Positions 14,291 through 27,261 of a stretch of DNA of 64,000 bases are shown here, in pieces. Numbering within the stretch: position 1 is the first letter of the stretch; every line of letters begins with the position of its first letter. The stretch lies in contig OX597821.1 of assembly GCA_951406725.2 (NCBI GenBank), forward strand, positions 42,780,001-42,844,000, read 5' to 3'. A model generated the notes under the pieces. It was not told where the DNA came from, did no database searches, and saw only the letters and a program-made list of their open reading frames with translations. Both the position numbers and the translations under genes were made by a program. This stretch comes from Octopus vulgaris. Taxonomy: Eukaryota.

Positions 14291-15672
14291 ATAAATTAAA
14301 TTAATAATTTGGTAAATTTTTATATTAACACCCGCACGATTTTCACTAAGAAAAAACAAAACTCGGTTTTTTTGCGTGGAATCAAGTACCCAAACCTCAT
14401 AATATGCTGCAAATCCCTTATTTTGGTTCGGAAAGTGGGGACCAAGGGGATATATATTACATAACGAACCATGTAATTCACACTTTAGAAGAATTATTTC
14501 TGTAAAATGTTTTTTTTTTTTTTCTTTAAACACACAGGATGTAGTCTATAAATTTAGGCTGTTTTTGAAAGATGCTATATTTTATCATCAGAATATATAT
14601 ACTTTCTCACAACAATTAATTTATTTTAAATCGCTTATAATTATTTTAAATCGTTCACCTTTCTCCCCCCACCCCGTCACACACTCAAAAATTAGTTTGA
14701 GCGCGATTTTTTTTCCTTACTGAAAATCAGGCGGGTGAAAAAATCAATGGAGGTGGAGGTGAAATTTTTCGGACCCCAACAAGGGTTTTGTAGCATATTA
14801 GGTCACAGGAATTGATTCAACGAAAAAAAATTTCAATGATTACCGGATGAGCCCCCCCTCCTTCGCCCCCACCTTTCTTCCCAACCCAAAATAACGGATT
14901 AGCAGTATATTGGGAGGTGCAGACGTAAAAGACATGGACTGGCACCCCCTTTCGGTTATTTTTTCTACAGAAACCCACCTTTTCGACTGCAGAAATTCCT
15001 AATCTGCAAAAAAAAAAAAAATCGGCATTTCAAAATTTTAATTCACCCCACCCCTCCCAATTTTTCACATTTTAAAGAAATTTTTTTGGCGAAATACGTA
15101 GAAAAATACGGAGATTATGATTCACGATGGGCTTATTTCAGTTTTCATCTACCAAATCCATTCACAAGGCCCAAGGCTATAGTAAAAGACACCTGCCCAA
15201 GGTGCAGGGCCGTCGTTAAGCCCCTGCAACCCGTACCGTCGCAGGGGGCCTCTACATTTGAGGGGCCCCATCTTAAGTTCAAATACATAGATAAGCCATC
15301 CATTTCCTTTGATTAAAATATTAACTGAAAATTTCAAGCCAGACGGGGAAAAAATATGAGAGTGTGCCGTAAATAAATTTAAAAGAAACTAAAAAGTGAA
15401 TGAAAAGAGCTTGTCAACGAATTCCCTCGGGACAGAAGAAAAAAGAAAGAAATCCAAAACAATGAAAATAAAAACAACTTCAAAATAAAAGACAAGAAAA
15501 AGAAGCCATGGTGATGATACAAACATACACACACAGGACTACGTACATACCTACATATATACGACTGGGTTTTATCTTTTTCCGTCGATAAACCTATACC
15601 AAACATACATAGTCTCTCTGTCTGCCCCACTTTCTCTCTTCATTTCTGTGTGTGTATATATATATGTGTGTG

Positions 15673-15770
<98 letters not shown>

Positions 15771-15892
15771 GAAACTAAGAGATGTATCCTTGGTACACAT
15801 CTGAGCCGGCCAAAGCCATGTGAATGGACTTGGTAGACGGAAAAATATAAAACCAAGTCGTATATATGAATGTATGTACGTATATATATATA

Positions 15893-16085
15893 TCATCATC
15901 ATCATCATCGTTTAACGTCCGCTTTCCATGCTAGCATGGGTTGGACGATTTTGACTGAGGGCTGGCGTACCAGATGGCTGCACCAGGCTTCAATCTTGAT
16001 TTGGCAGAGTTTCTACAGCTGGATGCCCTTCCTAACGCCAACCACTCCGAGAGTGTAGAGGGTGCTTTTTACGTGCCACTGGTAT
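15893..16085 (-). mobile_element. RTE LINE tail fragment
   Basis: (CAT)n followed by the reverse complement of the shared tail. Confidence 0.85.
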
Positions 16086-16089
16086 GTAA

Positions 16090-16405
16090 CCATCAAGAGA
16101 TGACTTTTTTTTTTTAAATGAGAATATCTTAAATAAACTCGACTGCTCACAGATGAGAATACTAAAAAAGATGAACCTGATCGCTCTCAAAAACTAAATA
16201 AAAAAAAACAGGAAAGGTAATCTCGAATCTTTGTCCAGTACCGGATCAGTGCCAAAATCTAATCACTTCATGCTAGTTACGAGGCCAAACATCCCTGGGA
16301 GTTTCATCCAAATACATCCAGCGGTTTTGGAGATATCATGTCCACAGACAAACAAACAAATGTGACTGAAAACAATACCTCCGCCTTCGTTAATGCAAAA
16401 GTAAT
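16090..16405 (+). mobile_element. Probable Helentron-associated / DINE-1-like non-autonomous element
   Basis: aaatctaatcacttc...gagtttcatccaaat...gagatatc...acagacaaacaaac...gaaaacaatacctccgccttc organisation (ACAG microsatellite followed by a 3' stem-loop region). Confidence 0.5.
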
Positions 16406-16526
16406 AATAATAATAATAATAGTAATATCATCTTTCCTTTTTCCCTTTTATTTTCTGGGTGTTTTTTTCTATTTTTCTTTTTGTCCTTCTTTCCTTTTTC
16501 TCACTGTCTTTCTTCCCCTTCTGTTT

Positions 16527-16559
<33 letters not shown>

Positions 16560-16586
16560 ATGTATATATGTGTGTGTGTGTGTATG

Positions 16587-16715
<129 letters not shown>

Positions 16716-16720
16716 CATAT

Positions 16721-16772
16721 AGCAAAAACTGTCCGACGAACGGCAACGTGAAACTCAGTAACAGGTTTTGTT
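16721..16772 (+). ncRNA. Hammerhead-ribozyme-like motif (minimal type I, U4-to-C variant)
   Basis: Stem I agcaaaaactgt/acaggttttgtt, CCGACGA, stem II ACG-gcaa-CGT, GAA, stem III AC-tca-GT, cleavage nucleotide A. Confidence 0.6.
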
Positions 16773-17551
16773 GAATTTTCTGCTGCTTTAAATAAAGCAT
16801 ATTAATCTACCACTGGTATTTGAGTACTCTTTTTTCCACCTTATTTCACATTTATGTGTTTACTCCGGTATATATATATATTGGAAGGTTTGGAGATGAT
16901 GTACAAGTATTTTATATTAGAAGAAATGAGGTACTCAGAAAATCGGATGGTTTTATATTTACAGATATTTATTTGTATATTACATTTTTTATACATCATA
17001 TAACTTAGATCACGTATTAGCGCTTTCTCCCATTCTAGTGGGGTTTTCAAATCAAAATATGTTCCTGTGTGAAAAGTTTTACCATTTTATAGTGATATTG
17101 AGTTTGTAGTGGTGGGGAGGAATATAAGACAGGACAAGAAGGTGATGGATGAGGAGAAAGTGAGAGAGAGAACATGTGTGCGTGTGTGTGCTTTTGTATT
17201 TGGAATGAGTGCTAAAGAAAAAGAGGGGAAGAAGAAGAAAAGAATTTTATTTGCTCTGCTGGACAGCATGCTTACTCCAAGGGGGGTCTAAGATCTTGGG
17301 GAAAAAGAATTTCAGTTTTGACCATTTCATAGTGTTATTGAGTGTGTGGTGGCAGGGAGGTAGACCATAAATTATATTTCCTTTTTATCATTGTGAGAGA
17401 ATGTGTGTGTGTGTTTAATGAGAGGTGGTCAAATGATTTTTTGGGTTTAGAGAAGAATTGTTTTGTGGAGGTGTGTGTGTGGGTGTCTGTGAGTTTGGAA
17501 AAGGGAAGAAAGGAGAAGAGGAAGGAGAAATAATTGTGTTGATATTTATAC

Positions 17552-17618
<67 letters not shown>

Positions 17619-17659
17619 TATATACACACATATATATTTAGAGACATATTACTTAAAGC

Positions 17660-20350
17660 TTTTGATGAAATAGAGGAGGATATAGCATCACATGATATGG
17701 AAGACAACTGGAGGTTCCTACAGGACAACCTGTTGAAGGCTACTGACCAGATCTGTGGATGGTGCAAAGTACTCTCATGACCCAAGGTAATGTGGTGGTG
17801 GAACAATGTTGTTGACAGGGCTATTAAGGAAAAGAAACAGGCATAGAAGGACTGGAAGAACGATGGTAGCAGGGAATTGTATCAGCTTGCCAGAAGGGAA
17901 GCTAGGAGACAGGTTTACTTAGCCAAAGGGGAAGCAGATAAGAAAAAAAATTGCCAATGTTCTGTATTATGAGGACCAGAAACTTGAAGTGTTTCATATT
18001 GCAAGACAGTGTATGAGAGAGAGTCGTTATGTCATAGGAGAGAAATGAGTCTGCATGGATGATGGCTCACTTGCATTTAATGATACTGCGAAGAGAGAGA
18101 CTTGGAGATGCTACTATAAAAGGTTGCTAAATGGAGAGAATGAATGGGAGGAAGGGAGTTTGCCAAATGTTGACCCAACAGAGGGACCAGCTATCTGAAT
18201 TGACAGTACCCTGGAAGATAAAGCACTTAAGAGAGTGAAGACAGGGAAAGTCCCCTTACCCCACCCCCTGCCCATCAGGAATCACTGCAGAGATACTTGA
18301 AAAAACTGGCAGTGTCAGCTATAGCCTAGTCACCTGTATAGTCAATCAGGTGATACATGAAGGAGTCAGACCCAATGACTGGTGTAGCAGCACCATAGTC
18401 ATCTGCTACAAAGGTAAAGGTGATGCATTAGATACGAATAATTACAGAGGTATCAAGTTATTGACAGGGCCATTAAGGAAAAGAAACAGGCATAGAAGGA
18501 CTGGAAGAATGGAGAGGATCATAGCCCAACTAATTAGGGAGAGAGTTAGTTTAGACAAGATGCAGTTTGGTTTTGTGCCAGAGAAAAGCACCAGTAATAC
18601 TATATTTTGGTAAGACAGCTGCAGGAGAAATACCTAGCCAAAGATAAACCTCTGTACCTGGCTTTCATTGACAAGGAAAAAGCCTTTGACAGGGTCCCCC
18701 AATACCCTATTTGGTGGTCAATACAGAAACTAGGGATAGATGAGTGGTTAATGAAAGCTGTACAAGCCATGTACAGGGATACTGTCAGTAAGGTGAGGGT
18801 TGGCAATGAGTATAGTGAAGAATTCTGGTTTAGGGGTAGGGGTAGGAGTCCACTAAGGATCACTCCTCAACCCCCTCTCATTCATGATAGTCCTCCAGGC
18901 AATAACGGAGGAATTCAAGACAGGATGCTCCTGGGAGCTTCTCTATGCTGATGACCTTGCTCTAATTGCTGAGTCACTATCAGAACTAGAGAAGTTTCAG
19001 GTGTGGAAACAAGGTCTAGAATCAAAGTGCCTTAGCGTCAACCTAGTAAAAATGAAGGCCTTAATAAGTAGGAAAGCAGACAAACCACAAATCCTTTTAG
19101 GTATATAGCCCTGCTTGATCTGTAGAAAAGGCGTAGGTAGAAACTCCATGAGATGTACCCAGTGTAAGCTATGGACACTTAAGAGGTGCAGCAATATCAA
19201 AGGAAGGCTAACTGGGAAGCGAGTTTTTGTGTGTGACAAATTGCTCAGGAGCAATAAACACTGAAAATGTGTGGAAAACAGCTCCCATCACATGCCAGTG
19301 GGAAAATCTAGAAGTAGTTGATAGCTCCCTTTACCAAGGTGACCAAGTCAGTAGCAGGAGTGGATGCTCTGAGAGTGTAGCTGCTAGAATAAGAATAGCC
19401 TGGTCAAGGTTCAGAGAGCTCCTACCTCTGCTGATGACAAAGGGCCTCTCACTCAGAGTGAAAGGTAGACTATGATGCATGTGTGCAAACAGCCATGCTA
19501 CATGGCAGTGAAACATGGGCCATGACTGCTGTGGTCATGCGTAAGCTTGCAAGGAATGAAGCTAGTATGCTCCACTGGATGTGTAATGTCAGTGTGCATA
19601 CACAACAGAGTGTAAGTGCTCTGAGAGGAAAGTTGGATATAAGAAGCATCAGATGTGGTGTGCAAGAGAAACAACTGCACTTGTATGGTCATGTGTTGCA
19701 TACGGATGAGGACAGCTGTGTGAAAAAGTGTCACACCCTAGCAGTAGAGGGAACCTGTAGGAGAGGTAGACGCAGGAAGACCTGGGATGAGATGGTGAAG
19801 CATAACCTTCAAACATTGGGCCTCACGGAGGTGATGATGAGTGACTGAGACCTTTGGAGATATGCTGTGCTTGAGAAGACCCGGCAAGCCAAGTGAGACC
19901 GTAACCGTGGCCTATGCCAGTGCAGCATAACTGGCCCATTTAAGAGTACCCTTCAATACTGGGCAATAAACTGTGCTTGCGAACACCTGTTGAGTCAAGT
20001 GAAGTCATTGTTGTGGCTGATGCCAGTACTGCCTGACTGGCACCTGTGCTGGTGGCATGTAAAAAGCACCATTTGAGCATGGTCGTTGCCAGTTCTGGCC
20101 GACTGGCTCCGTGCTGGTGGCACATAAAAAGCACCCTTCAAGCATTGTCGATGCTAGTACTGCCTGACTGGCCCTCATGCCGGTGGCACGTAAAATATGC
20201 CCACTACATTCTCAGAGGGGTTGGTGTTAGGAAGGGCATCCAGCTGTAAAAATGTTGCTAGATCAGACTGGAGCCTTGTACAGCCTTATGGCTTGCTAGT
20301 CCTCAGTCAAACTGTCCAACCCATGCCAGCATGGAATGGTAAATGATGAC
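17660..20350 (+). mobile_element. RTE-clade LINE, 5'-truncated and degenerate (reverse transcriptase, 3'UTR, short GAT tail)
   Basis: RT motifs across frames: NYRGIKLL, QFGFVPEKST, LYLAFIDKEKAFDRVP, ELLYADDLAL, LHLYGHVL, RGRRRKTW. Many stops and frameshifts. Confidence 0.92.
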
Positions 20351-20497
20351 ATATATATCATCATCATCGTTTAATGTCCGCTTTTGCTAGATCAGACTGG
20401 AGCCTTGTACAGCCTTATCTGGGCTTGCTACAGCTGGAGTCCTCAGTCAAACTGTCCAACCCATGCCAGCATGGAATGGTAAATGATGACATATATA

Positions 20498-20730
20498 TCA
20501 TCATCATCGTTTAATGTCCGCTTTCCATGCTAGCATGGGTTGGATGAGTTGACTGAGGACTGGTGAACCAGATGGCTGCACGAGGCTCCAGTCTGATCTG
20601 GTAGAGTTTCTACAGCTGGATGCCCTTCCTAACACCAACCACTCCAAGAGTGTAGTGGGTGCTTTTACGTGCCACTGGCACAAGGGCCAGTCAGGTGGTA
20701 CTGGCAAAGCCACGCTCAAATGATGTTTTT
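20498..20730 (-). mobile_element. RTE LINE tail fragment, tail-to-tail with the 17660-20350 copy
   Basis: (CAT)n plus reverse-complement tail. Confidence 0.82.
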
Positions 20731-21552
20731 TATGTATATGTATATGTACATTCATATACAAATATATGAATGTACATATATAAGTATATGTATGCATTTA
20801 TATTTATATATTATTTTATGATTGAATTCCACGCATCCATTTCCAAGTAAATTTTATCTTGATAATTCCAATGCGACACCTCCTATCTCTTTTCCTCCCC
20901 TCTTTTGCTTCTTCTCCCTATTCTTTTTATCTCCTCTTCTTTCCCTTTCATTTTCCTCTCCCCTTCGTTGTTCTCTGTCTGTCCCTCTCTCTCCCACACT
21001 CTTCCACCTTTGCTCTCTCGTTGCTTGCACGTGACCATTGGTCATCTTTCTTTTCCTGACTTAAATTTCCTTCTTTCTCTCTGATCAGCCACAGGGATGG
21101 GATGCATTTTTGTCTGTTTTCTGTCAGAGCTTGTTTCTTCATGTTCACCAACTCAACTCGTCTAAGGCTTAGCAGTCCTTCCTGTTTGTTTTCACTGTCT
21201 TGTTTTTATTACCAACTTTGACCCTCTGCAAAATCCCAAATTTGTTTTAATTTGCTTTGCGGGAGCAACTGTTATGTCGAAAACACATCTTGTGAATTGC
21301 TCGAAATATGAAGTAGAAAAACAGCCAACAAGTAATGAAGGGTCATTTTTTCATGTTATTTGTCTTGTTTTCCAATTGTTTCTTTCATTATTTGCAAAAA
21401 AAAGTTTGTATTCCATGTTCTTGTTTTCCATATTTCATGTTGTTTCATATTTCATCTTCTCTAGTGTCCTGTGCCCATATATGCATGTATATGCAAATAT
21501 ATGTATGTTCCTATATGTGTTTGTATGTATATATGTATATATATATATATAC

Positions 21553-21607
<55 letters not shown>

Positions 21608-21802
21608 TAATCCAAACATGAAAACACAACATGGGGACATGGAACAAGTATAGTGTTATTGGACGCTCAGGAAAGGAGAGAAAGAAGGAGGATTTAACAT
21701 TTCGAGTGGAGTTCTTCGTCAGAAACAGAGAAAGGAAAGATCCAAGGAAGGGAAGACGGAGGGAAAAAAATTGCCAACGATACACATGCAGTCATATATA
21801 TA

Positions 21803-22035
21803 TATTTCTTTACTACCCATAAGGGGCTAAACACAGAGGGGACAAACAAGGGCAGACAAAGGGATTAAGTCGATTACATTGACCCCAGTGCATAACTGGT
21901 ACTTAATTTATCGACCCCGAAAGGATGAAAGGCAAAGTCGACCTCGGCAGAATTTGAACTCAGAACGTAACGGCAGACGAAATACCACTAAGCATTTCGC
22001 CCGGTGTGCTAACGTTTCTGCCAGCTCGCCGCCTT
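21803..22035 (-). mobile_element. tRNA-derived SINE, family 2
   Basis: Head ggcggcgagctggcagaaacgttagc...gagttcaaattc and central gcctttcatcctttcggggtcgataaattaagtaccag, which resembles Meta/Sauria-type SINE central domains (recalled, not searched). Confidence 0.85.
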
Positions 22036-22909
22036 GAAATATATATATCTTTAACTCCCACTATTTCCCACTCGTTTATCTCCCCTGTTGTTATTTCTTG
22101 TTGTTTGCATTCGTAGTTCTGTACCATGTTCTCCATTCTTTTTGTCTTTGTTGCCGTACACATTCGCTACACTTAAATAACAATAAATCGAATTATACTG
22201 AAATGAGTAACATTTTATTTCAATTTCAAAATTGTTTTATTTTCACTTTTTTAATAACTAGTGCTGGTCCACTTTTCTTCATGAGTACCCAAAACACCCC
22301 TAGGAGTACCCAAAATACTCCCCTTAGTTAGTGTGAAAGTGGACAAAACCTCCTTGGTTATATTTTTTGGATATTTTTCATTTTTTTCTTTTCAACTTGT
22401 TTCAGTCATTAGACTGTGGCCATGCTGGGGCACCTCTTTGGGGAATTTTTAGTCGACTGTATCGACCCCGGGACTTTTTACTTTCTTACTTGTGCGGTTA
22501 TGTCAGTGCGGTTATGCTGGGGTACTGCCTTGAAGAATTTTAGTCACAGAAAAATAGTCTTTTGTTTTCTTCTCCCTGCACTTAGAGATTAATGAGAATG
22601 AGCTGACCTTTTGAACTTTCTGCGGCTGTTGACGGTCTAGCAGAATTATGGCGCCGAAGGATAGTCGTTCAAACGTGCTTCTTATCGTTTCTATCTATCT
22701 ACACATTTCTTGAAGTAAATGCTTTCCCTTTTGTTAGAATTCAGACAATATGCACGTTGAGTAGCAAAGAGTCTTGTGTTCTGTTATTCTTTGTTTACTT
22801 AAAAATTGGAATTTTGGAAAATAATCTCTTTACAACTGCTCTTCATGAGTATGTCCGGAGCCTGGTCGAATCAAACTGTTTTTAAATAAAATATATATTC
22901 TTTTACTTA

Positions 22910-23165
22910 AAGGGTTTTTTAGTCGAAGAAATCGACCACAGGACTTATTCCTTGCAAGCCTAGTACTTACTCTTTCGGTCTCTTTTATCGAACCGCTAGG
23001 TTATGGGGACGTAAACACACCAACATCATTTGTCAAGCGATGGGGGCATGAACAAAGACACACACACATATACGACGGGCTTCTTTCAGTTTCCGTCTAC
23101 CAAATCCATTCACAAGATTTTGGTCGGCCCGAGGGTATAGTAGAAGACATTTGCCCAAAGTACCA
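22910..23165 (-). mobile_element. SINE family 1, partial
   Basis: Central and 3' segments match the other copies. Confidence 0.78.
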
Positions 23166-23784
23166 CTCATTCAATCGTTTTGAGTCTCAGCTTTGTCAAG
23201 ATTCGTTTGTTAGTTTCCGTGTGCGAGTAAAGAAATAGGTTAGTTTCCGTGTGCGTGACAGCACGTGTTCTCTACTATAAACACATGAAATATTATCACT
23301 AATACGGCTTTTTCGGCGCACATACTTGTACCTATACGGTATTGTTTCGTTTTGTGTAGCTTTTGTAAACATAGTTCTCGGTAATTTCCGTGAGTAAGTG
23401 TTGTCTCGTCAATTGTCAGTTGCTTGCTTGTTCTCTTTGACGTATCGAAGTGTTGTTCTTGTGTGTGGAGTGTAGATAACAAAAACAAGGTCGCAAAATG
23501 TGTGCGTGCGAAGAGGACAACAGCCTACATTTTTCCTGTTTATTTTTCCTCGCATGTTTTTTGAGAGTGTGAGTGATTGACTGAGAGAGAGAGTGTGTGT
23601 GTGTGTGTGTTGTCAGAGAGAGTGTGTGTGTTTGTGTGTGTTGTCAGAGAGAGAGAGAGTGTGTGTGTTTGTGTGTGTTGTCAGAGAGAGAGTGTGTGTG
23701 AGAGAGTGATAGCGGAAATTTTATTTACTTTTTCTCACATTTTTTTAGTGAATGTGTGTTTGACTGAGAGAGAGTGTGTGTGTT

Positions 23785-23821
<37 letters not shown>

Positions 23822-24378
23822 GGTGTGTCTTGCTCTCTGTATATGTGTGAGACACCATTTTAAAATTTTTAAATGCTCATTCACCTGAGAAACACACGTA
23901 CGTAAATGTATTTATATATGTACGTGTATATGAGACATATGTGTTTGTGTGCGTGTGTGACTGATCCTACCCATTTTAGACATTCCTGACAAGACCTCTC
24001 TCACTCTCTTCGTTAATCACTCACTCACTAAAAAAAGATGCGAGAAAAACTAAATAAATTTTAAAATCTACGCTATCACCATCTCCCTCTCTCTCTTGCA
24101 CATACACAGAGCAAGAGAAACTTTTTCTCTCTGACAACATACATCTCTCTCTCTCTCAGCCAAACACATACCCACTAAAAAAAGAGAAAAGTAAATAAAT
24201 AAAATTTACGCTGTCTCACACACTTTCATTCTCTCTCTCTCTCTTTCCAACAGCACTCTCTCTCTCTCTCTCTCTCTCTGTCAGTCATACACTCATTCAA
24301 AAAAATGATGTGAGGAAAAATTTAAAAAAAGGTCTGCTGTTACTCTCTCCCTCACACAGTAACACATCTTTTCTCTCT

Positions 24379-24418
<40 letters not shown>

Positions 24419-25734
24419 CGCACAACACACACTTTCTGTCTCGCATCCCCATCAACATATACACACGTCCCTGTCAATTTTTCTCTCTTTTTCACTGTAT
24501 GTTGACTTCAAAAGAAACGTAGATTTTCACTCACAAAAATAAATAAATAATTTTTTTTTACGGAATTTACCGAACGCTGTATCTTAACAGCTGATTGGGT
24601 CGTTGACAAGTTTGTGAGTCGCAACAAAACATAGCACGCCATTCCTTTGAGGTGTGCTAGAAATCAAAGGTAGCAATAATTTGACACACACCGGATATAG
24701 CCATAGATACATTGACATTTGACACGGTTATCTTGGCGGTATTGATGTTGGTCATTAAAGGGTTGGTGTTTTGGTGGTGAAGGTGGTGGTTGGTGGAGAT
24801 GGTGGTGGTGTTGAACGTGTTGGTATTGGTTGGATAGCTTATGTTAGCGGTTATGGTAATGGTGATTGAGGTATTGGGGATGTAGCATAGTTAAATCTCG
24901 ACGCAATCACATGGGTCTAGGTTCGATCCCACAGTGGAATCGAAAACAAATGTCTTTTTACCACATCAGGTCAGCCTCAGTCTTCTGAGTGAAACTGGGC
25001 AGACGGAAACTTGTAGGATACACCTGTATTTCAAAGATCCAGGCTTGTCCATACCGTGTCCAACTAGTACAACTTCAGGATTATGTTAGGGGCACACGTT
25101 TTCCACCCCCAATGCAAGTTTCCGGGTATATGTTTTTTTCATATCGCAAGTAAATTAGCATAAAACACTGCAGTGAGAGTGAGGGGGAGAAATCAAGTGT
25201 GATGAGGGAAGGTAAGTGAGAGAGAGAGGGGGAGGGAAGGAGGGAGAAAGAAGGAAGTGTAGGGTTACTTCCTCTCATGTCATTCCTTAGGTTTCCAGTT
25301 GTGAGAGGGCCTCACAGGGCCCTTTGTAGGCATTTGAACAGCCAAACGTCGACTGTCTCATGGCATCTCTTTGGTTATTCAGCCCATTTCTATTACTTCT
25401 TCATTTGTGATGTGGTTGCACTGGGAAATTCATAGTATGGTTCTAAGGCAAAGTCTGTGAATATTTCTAGTTCTATAAATTCTGGCTGGTGTTTATCCAC
25501 ATCTCACAGGTATAAGTTACTGTTGGCATGAAGATAGATGTGTATCTGTGGAGTTTGGCACCTTGCTTTATATAAATACATTGTAGTACATTCAGTTCTT
25601 GTTTACCAGCCCTGCCTTTCTGTGTGGGTGTTTGTCATGCAGCATGAGTTATGTATGAGTGATCCAATTTTTCTCAGTCGTTACATTTGAATGTTATTTG
25701 CCATTTGTGATAATGATTGATGAAATCACTGTCA

Positions 25735-26075
<341 letters not shown>

Positions 26076-26781
26076 CCATATAGTTATTTAATATCTACTT
26101 TCCATTATGGCACGAATTGGACAGGTTGACAGGAGCTGGTAAACCAGAAGATTGAATCAAGTTGTATCATCAGTTTTGTAACATTTCTATGGCTTGGTGC
26201 CTTTCCTAAAGCCAACCAGTGAAAAGAACAAAACATTTGTGTCTGACAGAGAATAAAATTACCTTTCTGGAATAAATAGTGGTAAGAAATATTTCTGTAG
26301 AAACAAAGTTTATTATCATAATGAAAGTACTGACATTTTAGTAACCTAAGTTTTGGCTATGCTTCTGCAATACTTTGATATGAATAAGCATAGTATTGTA
26401 GACAGTAAGTTAGATACTGTACTTATTGAAAATGATACAGTTCTTGGTCTTTACAATGGAATGAGAAGATTTGGAGTAGCTGAATGGGTGTAGACAATTT
26501 GACACAGTTGACTGGGTGTAGACAATTTGACACAGCTGACTGGACATTCCAGTACTTTTCTGGTGCTGGGGGCAAACACACACACATGAGCATGTGTAGA
26601 AATATACACATACAGATAGAAAGAATGATAGAATTATGTAGATTTAGATAATTATATGTAAATACACTGGTGCGTAATTAACCTATATATAAATAACTAT
26701 TCAAACTCATACATAAATATACAGAAAATATTTATGTAAATATACAATTATGTGTGTGTGCGTGTGTATGTATGTGTGTAT

Positions 26782-26818
<37 letters not shown>

Positions 26819-27261
26819 TTTCTTAGATTCTTAGTCAGGAATCAAAACCTTAGTCTAGATTTTTCTACGAGATCTTTTCCAATGCTTTTGGCATTAGTAC
26901 TAGGAAATTTATGAGGTCACATGTTAACACTTAGTTTGGTTCCATTGTCTGAGTTTACACTCTGTGGTCAAAAGCAGGATAATTTACTTTTCATCGTTCT
27001 GCAACACATTCAGTTTTCCATAAATACAAAGCCTCAGAACATCTAGGGTCAATTATCTTGGCTTCCTTGTGCTATATGTCTTTTGCTTTCTTGCAAGCAG
27101 CTCTTCTTAAAAGACATACATTTTACCAAAGGTGTACAAGCTCTGTCATTGTCATTCTCCCTTTACCATGGTTAAATGGCTGACTACTACTAACCACCCC
27201 TATGTGAAATTCACAGGAAAATAAAAACTGTAAGCAATATCTTTCTTCTTCATGTTGATTA

